Origin: a virus
Lineage: Duplodnaviria > Heunggongvirae > Uroviricota > Caudoviricetes
Direction: 5' to 3' (one strand)
Length of the DNA stretch: 64,000 nt
IMG/VR virus record: IMGVR_UViG_3300006151_000006
Location: 1 to 64,000 of that record
Shown: in pieces, positions 46,554 through 56,561 of the stretch
Layout: each line of letters starts with the position of its first letter
Numbering within the stretch: the first letter of the stretch is position 1
Program-made: the position numbers and the translations under genes
The notes under the pieces: generated by a model
Told to the model about the DNA's origin: nothing
Seen by the model: only the letters and a program-made list of their open reading frames with translations
The model's database searches: none

Positions 46554-48470
46554 TTATTCATCTTCTCTGAGAGATTCTATCGTTATCGAGTCTATGATGC
46601 TCTCGTCTCCATGAACTTTGTTTAGAGTCCTGATACCCTCTGCAAAGAACATACAAGGCTGGATGATGAGTTGTTCATATTGGGTAGGTCCTTTGTTGCT
46701 AAGAAGGCAGCTGAGGAATTCCTGTGTGGTATAACCGGCATCAGTAACCTTCAAAACCACTTGTTTCCATCCCCATTTGTTGATGGCTCCTTCCGAAGTT
46801 ACGTTTTCCTTTTCCGGATCAGCTGAGAATCGTAGGATAGGATCGCCTTCTCTCTTATCCGGCTTCATGTAAGCTATGATGAAGTTTGCTGCCAGTTTCT
46901 CGATTGGAGTGAGAAGCCTGAGATAAGCATGACCGGTGTTGTGAATTAGGTAAAGTTTGGTCATATATTCCAGACTGTCCTTTACTGCCGTTCTTTTTTC
47001 TTCTCTTGTCTGAGGTTGGTTGGCCCGCTCTACTCTTTCTGCTGTCACATCAAAGATGCCGGACTTGGAAATCTTATAGACAGATTCCTGATGGCTCAAG
47101 TCTGTCTGTTCCCACTTGAAAATTTTATCCAGCAAGTCAACTGAGAACATTTCGGTAAAGGTTACTGGAATTGATTCTCCACCTTCCAACTCTACACAAC
47201 CCTTTTCCATATTACCTTGGACTTCTTCGTAGGCTGTTTCAAGAATGTTTTGCTGGAAGTCCTCGATTGGATAGCCGTAGCCTTCAATATCGAAATCTTC
47301 TGAGAGTTCTTCATCCTCATCAAAATCTTCAGAATTCTGGAGACTGTCATAAAGAGTCCACCAAACAGTATTGATGAAAAGTTTAAGAGGACTGGAAGCT
47401 GCATAAGAAACATCTGAGATTATTCTGTCAACTTCATCAACTGGAAGCATAGGGTAAGACCAGCTTTTTCTTCTTGAAGAAATTTCTGAAGAGTTCCTAA
47501 CTGTTGAAACAGCTTGAGTCATCTCAACAGCTTCAACAGTTCTAAACTGTTCAAAAATATTTTTTCTTTTCTGAGAACGTTCCTCTCTTGTTAGTCCGTC
47601 ATCTTCGATTTCGTTGTCGTCTTTTTCGTTTTGTTCCCCCCTTTCTTTAACCAGAGCTTCGCTCTGGATATTTCTTTTATTATTTTCTTTCTCTATATTT
47701 ATTACTGGTGTAGGAAATTCAACAAAATGCGGGATTTTCGACACTCCAAAGCGTAGAAAATCCATCAGTCTTTTGATAACTTCTGAGAGTGAAGATGCTG
47801 TATTTTCATCATAAATGCTGTCGGCGAGTTTTAAGACTGTTTCTTGTGTAGTTTTTTCAGCATTTTTGTCGTAAAAACGTGCAACAAACTCAGATTTTGT
47901 CGAAAATACATCATATACAGCCTTAAAAATATGTCGCATATCCAGCAACTCTGCGGGATATTCATCAGTTTGTAGAATATTCGACAGAGTTGCGGGATTT
48001 TCTACATTCTGCTGTTTTTTCGACTCTATGCTCCCCGGCATGTTAGAAAAGAAGCGTTCAGCCTCTTTGCACTCTGTTAATCCCAATTTGTTCAGAGTGG
48101 CAATATCATTATTCTGAAAAGCCGTACACACAGCTCTTTTCTCGATTGCAGTTTTCTTTTCGTACAACAATGACGAAACCGCAAACAGATAATCAGCCTT
48201 TACAAAGACATTCTTGCCAGATATGACAATCAGCCCAAGTTCTTCAAGTTTTCGCAGATATATTTCCACTCGTCCGCGATCCACCCCTGTGTTTTCAGCG
48301 ATTTGCGAATTGGACACAATGAAGCCCGGATTTGAAATTCCTTGTCGCAACAATAAAAGATACTCATCAAACAGATAGGTGAAGACAGCTGTCTGTGCAG
48401 TGTTCTTCAACAATCTTGCCAAGCATCTCAGATGTTGACTATAGATTAGTTTTTGTTCAGTCATTGTCAC
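46554..48470 (-). CDS. putative replication initiation / primase-associated protein (winged-helix N-terminus)
   Basis: N-terminal wHTH (RGRVEIYLRKLEELGLIVISG). The long C-terminal region resembles primase C-terminal-like domains of mobile elements, but the match is weak. Confidence 0.4.
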   Translation of the reverse strand: MTMTEQKLIYSQHLRCLARLLKNTAQTAVFTYLFDEYLLLLRQGISNPGFIVSNSQIAENTGVDRGRVEIYLRKLEELGLIVISGKNVFVKADYLFAVSSLLYEKKTAIEKRAVCTAFQNNDIATLNKLGLTECKEAERFFSNMPGSIESKKQQNVENPATLSNILQTDEYPAELLDMRHIFKAVYDVFSTKSEFVARFYDKNAEKTTQETVLKLADSIYDENTASSLSEVIKRLMDFLRFGVSKIPHFVEFPTPVINIEKENNKRNIQSEALVKERGEQNEKDDNEIEDDGLTREERSQKRKNIFEQFRTVEAVEMTQAVSTVRNSSEISSRRKSWSYPMLPVDEVDRIISDVSYAASSPLKLFINTVWWTLYDSLQNSEDFDEDEELSEDFDIEGYGYPIEDFQQNILETAYEEVQGNMEKGCVELEGGESIPVTFTEMFSVDLLDKIFKWEQTDLSHQESVYKISKSGIFDVTAERVERANQPQTREEKRTAVKDSLEYMTKLYLIHNTGHAYLRLLTPIEKLAANFIIAYMKPDKREGDPILRFSADPEKENVTSEGAINKWGWKQVVLKVTDAGYTTQEFLSCLLSNKGPTQYEQLIIQPCMFFAEGIRTLNKVHGDESIIDSITIESLREDE

Positions 48471-48643
48471 GGAGTTCTGAGTTGAAATATGAATAGATTT
48501 GTTTGTAGTTGATGACTTGTTTTACTGGTTTATATCCCAGCTTACGAGCAAATCGGCCCACGTTTGATTTGTTGGGAATAAGTTCTGGATGCTCGTGGGC
48601 AAATAACTCAGCCATCTCGTCGAAGCTCATTTTGAATTTTGGT

Positions 48644-48901
48644 TTAGAATTGGCCATCTATATAAAGTAATTGAAAAATTTTTTTATTAAACTTGTATCT
48701 CCAGCCATGTTTGCGTGATGTCATTTCACGGGTCATATAGCCGTCATCGCAAAGTAGTTTCAAATACTTGTTTGCAGTGATGTAGCTAACCGATTTCAAT
48801 TCTTTGGCAATTTCACGGCTCGGCACTTGGAATGTATAACCAAATGTTTCAATTAGAGATTTTGCAAACTCTTTCACTCTTTTGTTTTCTGTCTGTGTCA
48901 T
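48644..48901 (-). CDS. winged-helix DNA-binding protein
   Basis: 85 aa, MarR-like HTH. Confidence 0.4.
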   Translation of the reverse strand: MTQTENKRVKEFAKSLIETFGYTFQVPSREIAKELKSVSYITANKYLKLLCDDGYMTREMTSRKHGWRYKFNKKIFQLLYIDGQF

Positions 48902-49016
48902 TTTATCTTTGGAGTTTCGTGGAAGAATAGTCTTACTTAGTATAATTGTTTATATTCGTTCATACTTACTCGTCAATAAAGATAGCCGGGCATACTAATA
49001 GCTGCCCGGCTGATTT

Positions 49017-49370
49017 TTAGTCTTCCGAGTTATCTTCGCTTTCAGGCGTGTCCACATCTGCATCGTCTTCAGGCGGGTCAGGAATGGCTGATTTGTCCAC
49101 CACTGCGAGATTGCTAACGATGTCTTTCACCACGTCTTTGTAGCTCACAAGGTTTGCAAGAATGAGCCTTGAAAGATTTTCAGGGATAGTTATGCAATTG
49201 TCACTTGATTGTAGGGCCCAGTTGCTACTAAAATGAATTCGAGGAATAGCTGGTGTTGCCATAAATAGCAAGCCGCCATTGCCACTATTCTTTGCCATTT
49301 GTTCCAGTTTCTCGATGAAGGCTATCTCGTCGAAAATTCCTGACAGTTGTTCAAATTCTTGTTTATTCAT
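49017..49370 (-). CDS. hypothetical protein with acidic C-terminus
   Basis: 117 aa. Confidence 0.4.
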   Translation of the reverse strand: MNKQEFEQLSGIFDEIAFIEKLEQMAKNSGNGGLLFMATPAIPRIHFSSNWALQSSDNCITIPENLSRLILANLVSYKDVVKDIVSNLAVVDKSAIPDPPEDDADVDTPESEDNSED

Positions 49371-49569
49371 CGTTCAGTCTTTTGAGAAAGTTAATTATCT
49401 GAGGATCTTTGTGGGCATTATACCCACACCAAGTGCAGATACCATACGCCACATTGAGCATATAGTTTTCGCGGTAGCACTCTGGACATCGTGTCAGCAG
49501 AAGATTACCACTATTAGGAGCATATTCAACTCCGGCACGAGGGGTGCGATAGATTTTTTCTTTTTCCAT
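49363..49569 (-). CDS. zinc-ribbon protein
   Basis: CPECYRE...CTWCGY. Confidence 0.4.
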   Translation of the reverse strand: MEKEKIYRTPRAGVEYAPNSGNLLLTRCPECYRENYMLNVAYGICTWCGYNAHKDPQIINFLKRLNDE

Positions 49570-49774
49570 GTATGATTTCTGATATTTTGTTGGCTGACAG
49601 TCTTGACGCTGCTTCCAGTTATGAGTTTAGCAATTGCTGAGTGGTAACGGCAGATGTGCTTGAATATCCAGTTTCGATATTCAATTTCTTGTCTTTTGAT
49701 GAATTTGACCATTAATCTGAAGTTTGCGTCAAACTCTATCATCACGTCATCGTAGAATTTGATAATATTGACTG

Positions 49775-49990
49775 TTACCATAATTGTCGGGTATATAGAG
49801 GTGTTGAATTATTGCAAAGCGTAGGTAGACCGGCGGTTACGGCGTCTTGACATTGTTCTTTCATTGGACAATTCTTGCATTGGCGGTTGTCAAATATAAT
49901 AGCCATCACTACGATATGGATGAACCACACAAAGAATCCAACCAAACCGAGAGCTATTAAGCCAGCGATGATTTTGATTGCAAGCATCAT
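49775..49990 (-). CDS. small membrane protein
   Basis: One or two TM helices and a Cys-rich tail. Confidence 0.4.
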   Translation of the reverse strand: MMLAIKIIAGLIALGLVGFFVWFIHIVVMAIIFDNRQCKNCPMKEQCQDAVTAGLPTLCNNSTPLYTRQLW

Positions 49991-50526
49991 TGCTTTGGAT
50001 TTAATTTGTTGATAAACATTGGACAGTTTTCAGAGCCTACCTCGTGATTCTTGGGAATCTCATTCCAGTCCATCTGACCATGAAACCAGAAACAGTATTT
50101 TCTATCCCAGCAGCCAATTCTGTCACAATGGAATTCTGAATTGACGCTAATAGACTTAGCCTTCTGATGAGTGATGAAATTCGCATTGTTTGGAAGGTCA
50201 TTCCAAAATCGTTCAGGTATCTCTCCATATCTGAATAGCTCTGAAGAATGAATGATGTGGCCTTCATGCGTCAAAATATGCGCAATTTTTTTCTTTGGCT
50301 TGATTATCGGAAGCACAGCATAATACTGATGTTCGATAATGTAATCGTAGTTCATACGATGGTCGATGATGTTCATCCAATACGCACACTCAAAGCAGAC
50401 CGAATCATTAAGCATCCGGTCGTAAATTTGAGGATCACGATGAAATTCGTGAGGGTGAACTATGCTGCCACACTTGGCACAAACGTACACATGCGGCACA
50501 CCACACCCTTCTGCATGATTCTTCAT
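49987..50526 (-). CDS. hypothetical Cys/His-rich protein
   Basis: 179 aa. Confidence 0.45.
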   Translation of the reverse strand: MKNHAEGCGVPHVYVCAKCGSIVHPHEFHRDPQIYDRMLNDSVCFECAYWMNIIDHRMNYDYIIEHQYYAVLPIIKPKKKIAHILTHEGHIIHSSELFRYGEIPERFWNDLPNNANFITHQKAKSISVNSEFHCDRIGCWDRKYCFWFHGQMDWNEIPKNHEVGSENCPMFINKLNPKQ

Positions 50527-50624
50527 ACGAATTCAGTTTGGCTTTGTCAGCCGGTTTGTCGATGAGATAGAAGGGTGCGAAACTGTGTCGCACGTCAATT
50601 TATGTGGCTAATGCCTATATGGAA

Positions 50625-51212
50625 TCAGAAACGTATCGAGTTGAATACGTCATTGATTTCGTCTTGTGTAATTCCAATATAGGTTTTTGTGACTTGAATA
50701 TTGGAATGGTTTAGTATCTTGTTCAAAAGAATGAGACTTTCAGCACTATGGCCATTTGTGTCATAAACATATCGCCCGAATGTTTTCCTGAAAGTATGAG
50801 TGGAAAAATGATTGATATTGAGGCGATATTTATATTTGAACAGTTTTAGCTGTTGGTTGACATTTTGAATGGTCATTGGCTGGCCGGTCCGATTTGTCTG
50901 GAAGATGTATAAAGCCTTATTGGGACAGCCCATGAGGGTCCAGAGTTCACGGAGTTTATCTCGGACTGATTTGTTGAATGAAATTTTGCGAGGCTTGCCT
51001 GTTTTCTTTTCCAGAACAACCGTTTCAGTTTTGTCGAGAACATCAACCCATCGAAGTTGAAGCACATCGGAGGCACGACAAGCGGTACAGAATGATAATC
51101 GGGCATACAATTCCCAAAAATATTCCTTATCTTCATGCAGCCCATCGACCAGTTTGAGATACTCAGAGTATTCCAAATGATCTGCGGTTGTGAGTTGATT
51201 TTTCTTTGCCAT
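50625..51212 (-). CDS. tyrosine recombinase / integrase (catalytic domain only, short)
   Basis: HTFRKTFG (HxxR) and the catalytic Y in TKTYIGIT; 195 aa. Confidence 0.65.
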   Translation of the reverse strand: MAKKNQLTTADHLEYSEYLKLVDGLHEDKEYFWELYARLSFCTACRASDVLQLRWVDVLDKTETVVLEKKTGKPRKISFNKSVRDKLRELWTLMGCPNKALYIFQTNRTGQPMTIQNVNQQLKLFKYKYRLNINHFSTHTFRKTFGRYVYDTNGHSAESLILLNKILNHSNIQVTKTYIGITQDEINDVFNSIRF

Positions 51213-51348
51213 AGATTGTCTCTTTCAGTTTCGATAGCAAAGTTAAGTTTAATTTTTCACACCAACAAATAAATTGTATATTTTCTTTGTGTAAAAATCG
51301 TAATATATATGATGTCAAATAAATATGGGGAGCAGCTGCTCCCCATAT

Positions 51349-53295
51349 TTAGAATTTGTTTTTGAAATCTTCCATACTAAGTATTTGAATTCCGAGGTCC
51401 TTGGCTTTAGAAATTTTGCTGGAGGTTCCGTTGGTATCTTTTACAACCAGATGGGTTGTTTTCTTGGAAACTCCGGACGCAATAGTGCCACCACCAGCTT
51501 TAATTTCTTCTTCAAGAGCGGCATCACGCACTCCTGAGAAACAAACAGTTATCCCTTTGTATTTGCCGTCTTTGTCAACAACCTGAGTGGCAATCTTGAA
51601 GGGTATGTCTGTTTCTATTAGAAACTCGTGGAAGGGCACAATCCCTAAAACAAAGGACTGCTGAGTTTTTGATAGTGTAGCCAATTCCTGATTTGACGGC
51701 CAAACTCGCTCGACTTTACCACGAATGAACCAATCGAAAGTTGTGGGCGACATTTCATCGAGAATTTTCTGAGCCTTTATCTTTCCAATTCCCTGAAAGC
51801 AGTCGCTGGCGTGCATCAAAGTAGCCAAATCAATGCCTTCTTTGATTTTTCTCATTTGATCGAGAATGTTGTTTGAGATAACTTCCCCAAACCCTTCAAT
51901 ATCCATCAGTTCGTCCCAAGTGATATTGAGAATGGATTTGATGGATTGATGTCCAGCATTAAACATCTTGGCAATTGTTTCATCGCCAATATTTTCAACG
52001 CCAACAATATTCAAAAAGTGAGCAATCTTCGCCAATTTGCGTCCCTTACATTCAGGATTGGTGCAATATAGCTCAATGCCTTTTTCATCATATTGCGTAG
52101 GTGCACCACAGGCCGGACATATTTTAGGTTCGCTGAACGTTTTCCCACAGATTGTTTCCAGTATCTTGGGAATAACACCACCAGAACGAGTAACAAGGAT
52201 GCGTGAACCGGTTGCAATACGATTCGCTTTACACCACCCAGCATTATAGCCAGTGGGATTCTCCATCGTACAGTCACCGGTGTCAACAGCTTCTATATTG
52301 ACTACTGGCTTCAATGCGCCTGCTTTGCTCACATTCCAGTCAATTCCTTTCACAGTTGTCTCAAAAGACTCTGTAAAATCTGGATGCTTGTAGGCCATTG
52401 CGTAAAGAGGATTGCCAGTATTTTGTTGCCTACCGATCACCTTCCATAAGATAAGGTCATCAAGATAAATGACAAGCCCATCAATATAGTAGATTTTGCG
52501 CCATTCAATGAATAATCTTGAAAGAAGCTCTTCCGAAAGTTGCTCAACTGGGATGGTCCATTTCAGATTAGGCTGACCAAATGTCTTGCTTAAAGCATCA
52601 TACAACTGTGTGTATGTGTCGTATTCTTCCAGACTTTCGTCTCCTACTCCGTATCTGAAGAAATCAAGCGTCATCATTTCCACAGGCGGCACTACATCTC
52701 GGTTAATGAATCCCGCCGCTGTGTTTCTGGGTGACTTGTACGGAGAGTTTTTCTTTACATAGTTCACATCCCACATTTTACAACGGAACACCAATTCGCC
52801 AAAAGTTATTTTAGGCGAGATGTAACCATGACTTTCAGCATAATCGCTGAACATGCCATTTTTGTAGTGTAAGGAGCAATCTTGCCCTTCATTTTCAGAA
52901 CCGCCACGAGAGTAAGTCATTCCTGTTGCCTCATCATGGAGCCATGATACACCGTCAAATTTTGGAGTGATGACTATCGACGCTGTTGGTGGAATGGCAA
53001 GAGAGTTTAGCCATTGCTTGACATCGGCCAAACTTTTGACTTTATTGAGCGATTTCATAGGAATTGGAAGCCTTCGTTTACGAGAACCCGGAACTGGAGC
53101 TGGCTCAATCTGGGTGAACCACGCATTGTTCGGATCCAACTCTCGTAGAGCATCGACTATCTGGTCGTATTCTAAATCTGAGATATTTGGGCTTCCCAGT
53201 CTGTATTGTCGATTGTACTCTTTGAGTTTTTCGACAAGTTCTGCTGCATATTGCTGATTGTTCATATTTTGATGAAATTTTCTTGTCGCAAACAT
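51349..53295 (-). CDS. ligA: NAD-dependent DNA ligase
   Basis: Adenylation motif ITPKFDGVS (KxDG), an OB/HhH middle region, and a C-terminal BRCT-like TVCFSGVRD; 648 aa. Confidence 0.85.
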   Translation of the reverse strand: MFATRKFHQNMNNQQYAAELVEKLKEYNRQYRLGSPNISDLEYDQIVDALRELDPNNAWFTQIEPAPVPGSRKRRLPIPMKSLNKVKSLADVKQWLNSLAIPPTASIVITPKFDGVSWLHDEATGMTYSRGGSENEGQDCSLHYKNGMFSDYAESHGYISPKITFGELVFRCKMWDVNYVKKNSPYKSPRNTAAGFINRDVVPPVEMMTLDFFRYGVGDESLEEYDTYTQLYDALSKTFGQPNLKWTIPVEQLSEELLSRLFIEWRKIYYIDGLVIYLDDLILWKVIGRQQNTGNPLYAMAYKHPDFTESFETTVKGIDWNVSKAGALKPVVNIEAVDTGDCTMENPTGYNAGWCKANRIATGSRILVTRSGGVIPKILETICGKTFSEPKICPACGAPTQYDEKGIELYCTNPECKGRKLAKIAHFLNIVGVENIGDETIAKMFNAGHQSIKSILNITWDELMDIEGFGEVISNNILDQMRKIKEGIDLATLMHASDCFQGIGKIKAQKILDEMSPTTFDWFIRGKVERVWPSNQELATLSKTQQSFVLGIVPFHEFLIETDIPFKIATQVVDKDGKYKGITVCFSGVRDAALEEEIKAGGGTIASGVSKKTTHLVVKDTNGTSSKISKAKDLGIQILSMEDFKNKF

Positions 53296-53323
53296 TGTAC
53301 AATGTTTGCGACAAGAATGTGAT

Positions 53324-54493
53324 TTAGGTTGGAAGTTCGGGGTTAATTAGAGCGAAAATCTTTTCACGCCCTAATTTATTCCATTTCAGGAATTCACACT
53401 TTTTTGGACCGGGTGTCATCACCATTTCTCCCCAATCTTCATGTCCTGAAGTAAGGATGGCCGGTCCTTTATCGGTTGTAACTACGCCAAGTTTGGCAAG
53501 TTTACAGCGGAGTGTACGATAGCACATTCCAAGTTCTCCAGCAAGTTGAAGTGTGGTATATAACTCTCGTGCTTCAATGACTGCATCGTAATAATTGGCC
53601 TTTGGCGTTGCTATTGACAGTCTGTTTGATGTAGCAGACAGCTCTTGGAGAGCTTCGGCTCGTTCTCGTTGCGCCAGTTCTTTAGCTGCTCGCTCCTCTT
53701 TGAGACGCATTGCCATTCCGATTACGAGGTCTGGATTGTCAATCATCTCATCAAGAGTTTTGGACATTGCCGTCATGCCGTGTCTCAACAGTTCCTTAGT
53801 TCGGTCATTACACCATATTGCAAACGCTGGAGACAGCCAATGGGCGAACTCGATAGCGACATCTTCGTGCATCCAAGTTCCTTGCTTATCTCGATCATTA
53901 CCTCCTTTAACAGCCTGAATAAGAGCCGAACAGGGGATTCCCTTGATTGATGATAGAGTTTTTACAAACTCTTTAGTAGATTTTTGTCGAGTCCAATCAT
54001 ATACGGATTTATTGAATGCTTGGGCCATTTCCGTGGCATTGATAGTTGTATCTTCTCCAGCCAAGAAGGAAATGTTGGTTCCATTGTATTGGAATACAGT
54101 TATTTCAGAGGAGGAAGTTTTGTTTTGAGCAGCTTTGACCGTTTTATGGGTTACTCCGCTGGCATTGACAATAACCTCTGGCGTTAAACCTTCGGCCCAT
54201 TCTACCACTTGCTTGTAAGTCCTTGCGGTATGAGAGCTTTCGTTCTTAATGAGGTAGAAGTATTTGGCTACATCCTTTCTGCGTATTGCCCACATTGCCT
54301 CTCGCCTCGGATCAAATTTTAGTTTGACGGCAGATGGGCACATGGTGTAGATTGGGTTGGTACACATGAACTGTGGGCGGCTCATCACACGACAAATGTC
54401 GTATGCGCATAGCCATATAGTTCCGCCTTCGTCAATTAGAACTCTAACCGGCTTACTTCCATAAGCGAGTTCTTTATAAATTATGGTGCTCAT
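53324..54493 (-). CDS. phage antirepressor (Bro-N plus KilA-N domains)
   Basis: Bro-N YGSKPVRVLIDEGGTIWLCAYDICRVM and KilA-N ITVFQYNGTNISFLAGEDTTINATEMAQAF. Confidence 0.6.
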   Translation of the reverse strand: MSTIIYKELAYGSKPVRVLIDEGGTIWLCAYDICRVMSRPQFMCTNPIYTMCPSAVKLKFDPRREAMWAIRRKDVAKYFYLIKNESSHTARTYKQVVEWAEGLTPEVIVNASGVTHKTVKAAQNKTSSSEITVFQYNGTNISFLAGEDTTINATEMAQAFNKSVYDWTRQKSTKEFVKTLSSIKGIPCSALIQAVKGGNDRDKQGTWMHEDVAIEFAHWLSPAFAIWCNDRTKELLRHGMTAMSKTLDEMIDNPDLVIGMAMRLKEERAAKELAQRERAEALQELSATSNRLSIATPKANYYDAVIEARELYTTLQLAGELGMCYRTLRCKLAKLGVVTTDKGPAILTSGHEDWGEMVMTPGPKKCEFLKWNKLGREKIFALINPELPT

Positions 54494-54544
54494 AAGAATA
54501 TGTTTGCTGGAGAGAGCTTGTGAATGGCCCTCTCCAGTGATTGA

Positions 54545-54988
54545 TTATTTTACCTTTGTGTGACCAAAGCCACCTTCTCCACGTTCTGTTTCGTCGAGGC
54601 TGTCTGTGGGAATCCATTCAATGCGAACAAATTCCTTTGCAACAATCTGGCAGATGCGATCTCCATTGTTGACAACGAAATCTTCTGTGCCAAGATTATG
54701 GACTATTGCACCAACGTCACCACGGTAGTCTGCATCAACAGTGCCGGGGGTGTTGGTGAGAGTGATGCCGTGTTTCAGGGCAAGTCCGCTGCGGGGGCGT
54801 ACCTGAAGTTCATACCCTTCAGGGAGCTGAATGTGCAGTCCGCTTGGAATAAGTTTGCGCTCATTGGGCTTGATTGTTACTGGCTCGTCAATAAATGCGC
54901 GGAGATCCATGCCTGCCGACATCAGAGTGCTGTATTCGGGCAGTGGATTATTGGATCGGTTGATTACCTTCACTTTGATTGTTTTCAT
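54545..54988 (-). CDS. dut: dUTP diphosphatase
   Basis: All five dUTPase motifs: AGMDL, RSGL, GTVDADYRG, GDRICQ and RGEGGFGHT. Confidence 0.9.
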   Translation of the reverse strand: MKTIKVKVINRSNNPLPEYSTLMSAGMDLRAFIDEPVTIKPNERKLIPSGLHIQLPEGYELQVRPRSGLALKHGITLTNTPGTVDADYRGDVGAIVHNLGTEDFVVNNGDRICQIVAKEFVRIEWIPTDSLDETERGEGGFGHTKVK

Positions 54989-55355
54989 CTCTTTTCTTTT
55001 TGCTTTTAAGTTTTTCGGGGGTTGCTTTCATGTTGTACTTCCAGTTCTCGCGATTCATACGTCCGTTTTTGTAAACTTTGCGGTGAACGCCACATAACTG
55101 GTCGTATTCTTTGAGCGTAAGAACGCCCAATTCTTCATCCACATCTATTTCAATTTTGGGGTCCCACCATCGCAAATATAAACTGCAAGTGGATATTGCA
55201 TCGCCATCACAGGCGGCTTTGACAGTAGGGGTTCTGACCCCTAAAATTCGCGCTGCTTGCAATTGAGATGAAAAAACTCCAATAAATTTCTTGAGTGGGT
55301 TGAATACGAGGATTCTTCGAGCTTCTTTAGTCTGTCCGGGTGCCATTATCTCCAT
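54948..55355 (-). CDS. hypothetical DNA-binding-like protein
   Basis: 135 aa; 3' overlap with dut, so the true start may be the downstream MAPGQ. Confidence 0.35.
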   Translation of the reverse strand: MEIMAPGQTKEARRILVFNPLKKFIGVFSSQLQAARILGVRTPTVKAACDGDAISTCSLYLRWWDPKIEIDVDEELGVLTLKEYDQLCGVHRKVYKNGRMNRENWKYNMKATPEKLKSKKKRDENNQSEGNQPIQ

Positions 55356-55788
55356 TTAAGAAGACCTCTGGCGTTAACCGGTCCTTGGCAGTTCTAAACA
55401 GATATGCGTCAGACACGCAAAAACCACGAGTGAATAATTCATCAATGCGGTCGTTGAGGTGCGCCAAGAAGTCTGGGTTAGTATAGGAGATAAACAAGTA
55501 GATAAAACTACAATCAATTAGGAGATGGCTTTCAAGGTTTTGGATGGCAACCTTGCCTTTATCCAATTCATACGCTGTGATGAGTGCGTTAATTGGATGG
55601 AAATAGTTTTTCAGGAAGTCCTCTGCGGAGTATGCTGAAAGACCGGTATTATTGAGATATGCGGTGGCATCAAAGTATTTAATGCCAGTTTCAGATGATT
55701 CCCCTATGAGCAGTTGGGGAAATTCCGGAAATGCTTGCTCAGTGCATAGAATGTTTTCAATACGCTTCCCGGAAGTAGCGTTTTGCAT
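55327..55788 (-). CDS. hypothetical protein
   Basis: 153 aa ORF. Confidence 0.4.
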   Translation of the reverse strand: MQNATSGKRIENILCTEQAFPEFPQLLIGESSETGIKYFDATAYLNNTGLSAYSAEDFLKNYFHPINALITAYELDKGKVAIQNLESHLLIDCSFIYLFISYTNPDFLAHLNDRIDELFTRGFCVSDAYLFRTAKDRLTPEVFLNGDNGTRTD

Positions 55789-56318
55789 TAGGCAATTGCA
55801 GACTTGGACTGGAATTCGTCAGTAGGCCAAAGGACAGATTCGGCTTTATCGAATTTGATGTCTCGGATAACGAAATCAGACATGCTGAGGTGCTTGCGAA
55901 TGCGCTCGGCAGCGTCGGTGTTGGAACTTGCTGGTGTGTAGATGGTCTCATAAGTGCGTTTTTCTTTTGCACTTTTTTCATCAATGGTGATGATCATTAC
56001 CTTAACGGCATAGATGCCGATGTTTTCGTCGGCTTCAGGGTCAAGGAAATTGTAAACCATGCCTCCGACGAGCTCGTTAACATGCTGTAGATTGTCGTTG
56101 AACAGCATTTCAGAGATTTTTGTCTTGATGATTTCAATCAAAACCTCACTGTGTCGAGTACGCTGTTGGTCTTCGATAATCGCATACGCGATTTTTTCTG
56201 CCTCTGTGTAGCTGGATGCGTACACTAAGTCTTCGGTCTTAACTTTGGCCAGAGAGCCGTCTTCTTGCTCCGCTGTCCAAGCCATTTTGATACGATAGTA
56301 ATCAAAACCTGTTTTCAT
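55788..56318 (-). CDS. hypothetical protein
   Basis: 176 aa ORF. Confidence 0.45.
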   Translation of the reverse strand: MKTGFDYYRIKMAWTAEQEDGSLAKVKTEDLVYASSYTEAEKIAYAIIEDQQRTRHSEVLIEIIKTKISEMLFNDNLQHVNELVGGMVYNFLDPEADENIGIYAVKVMIITIDEKSAKEKRTYETIYTPASSNTDAAERIRKHLSMSDFVIRDIKFDKAESVLWPTDEFQSKSAIA

Positions 56319-56561
56319 TGCGGTGTGATTTTTAGTTGAACAATTAAGTTATCGAGAGCAAAGTTAATATCTATTTTTGACACAGCAAAGCAAAATTATA
56401 CATTTAACATTTGATAAGTACATAATATATTAGATTATTGCACATTATAATAACAATCGAAAATTAAGAGTTTAACACTTAACAACAGTTGTCGATTGAC
56501 GAATTGGCTTTTGAAAAACTGAATTTGTTCCTTCAGGCTATTCTTCTGAAAACGAAGATTA

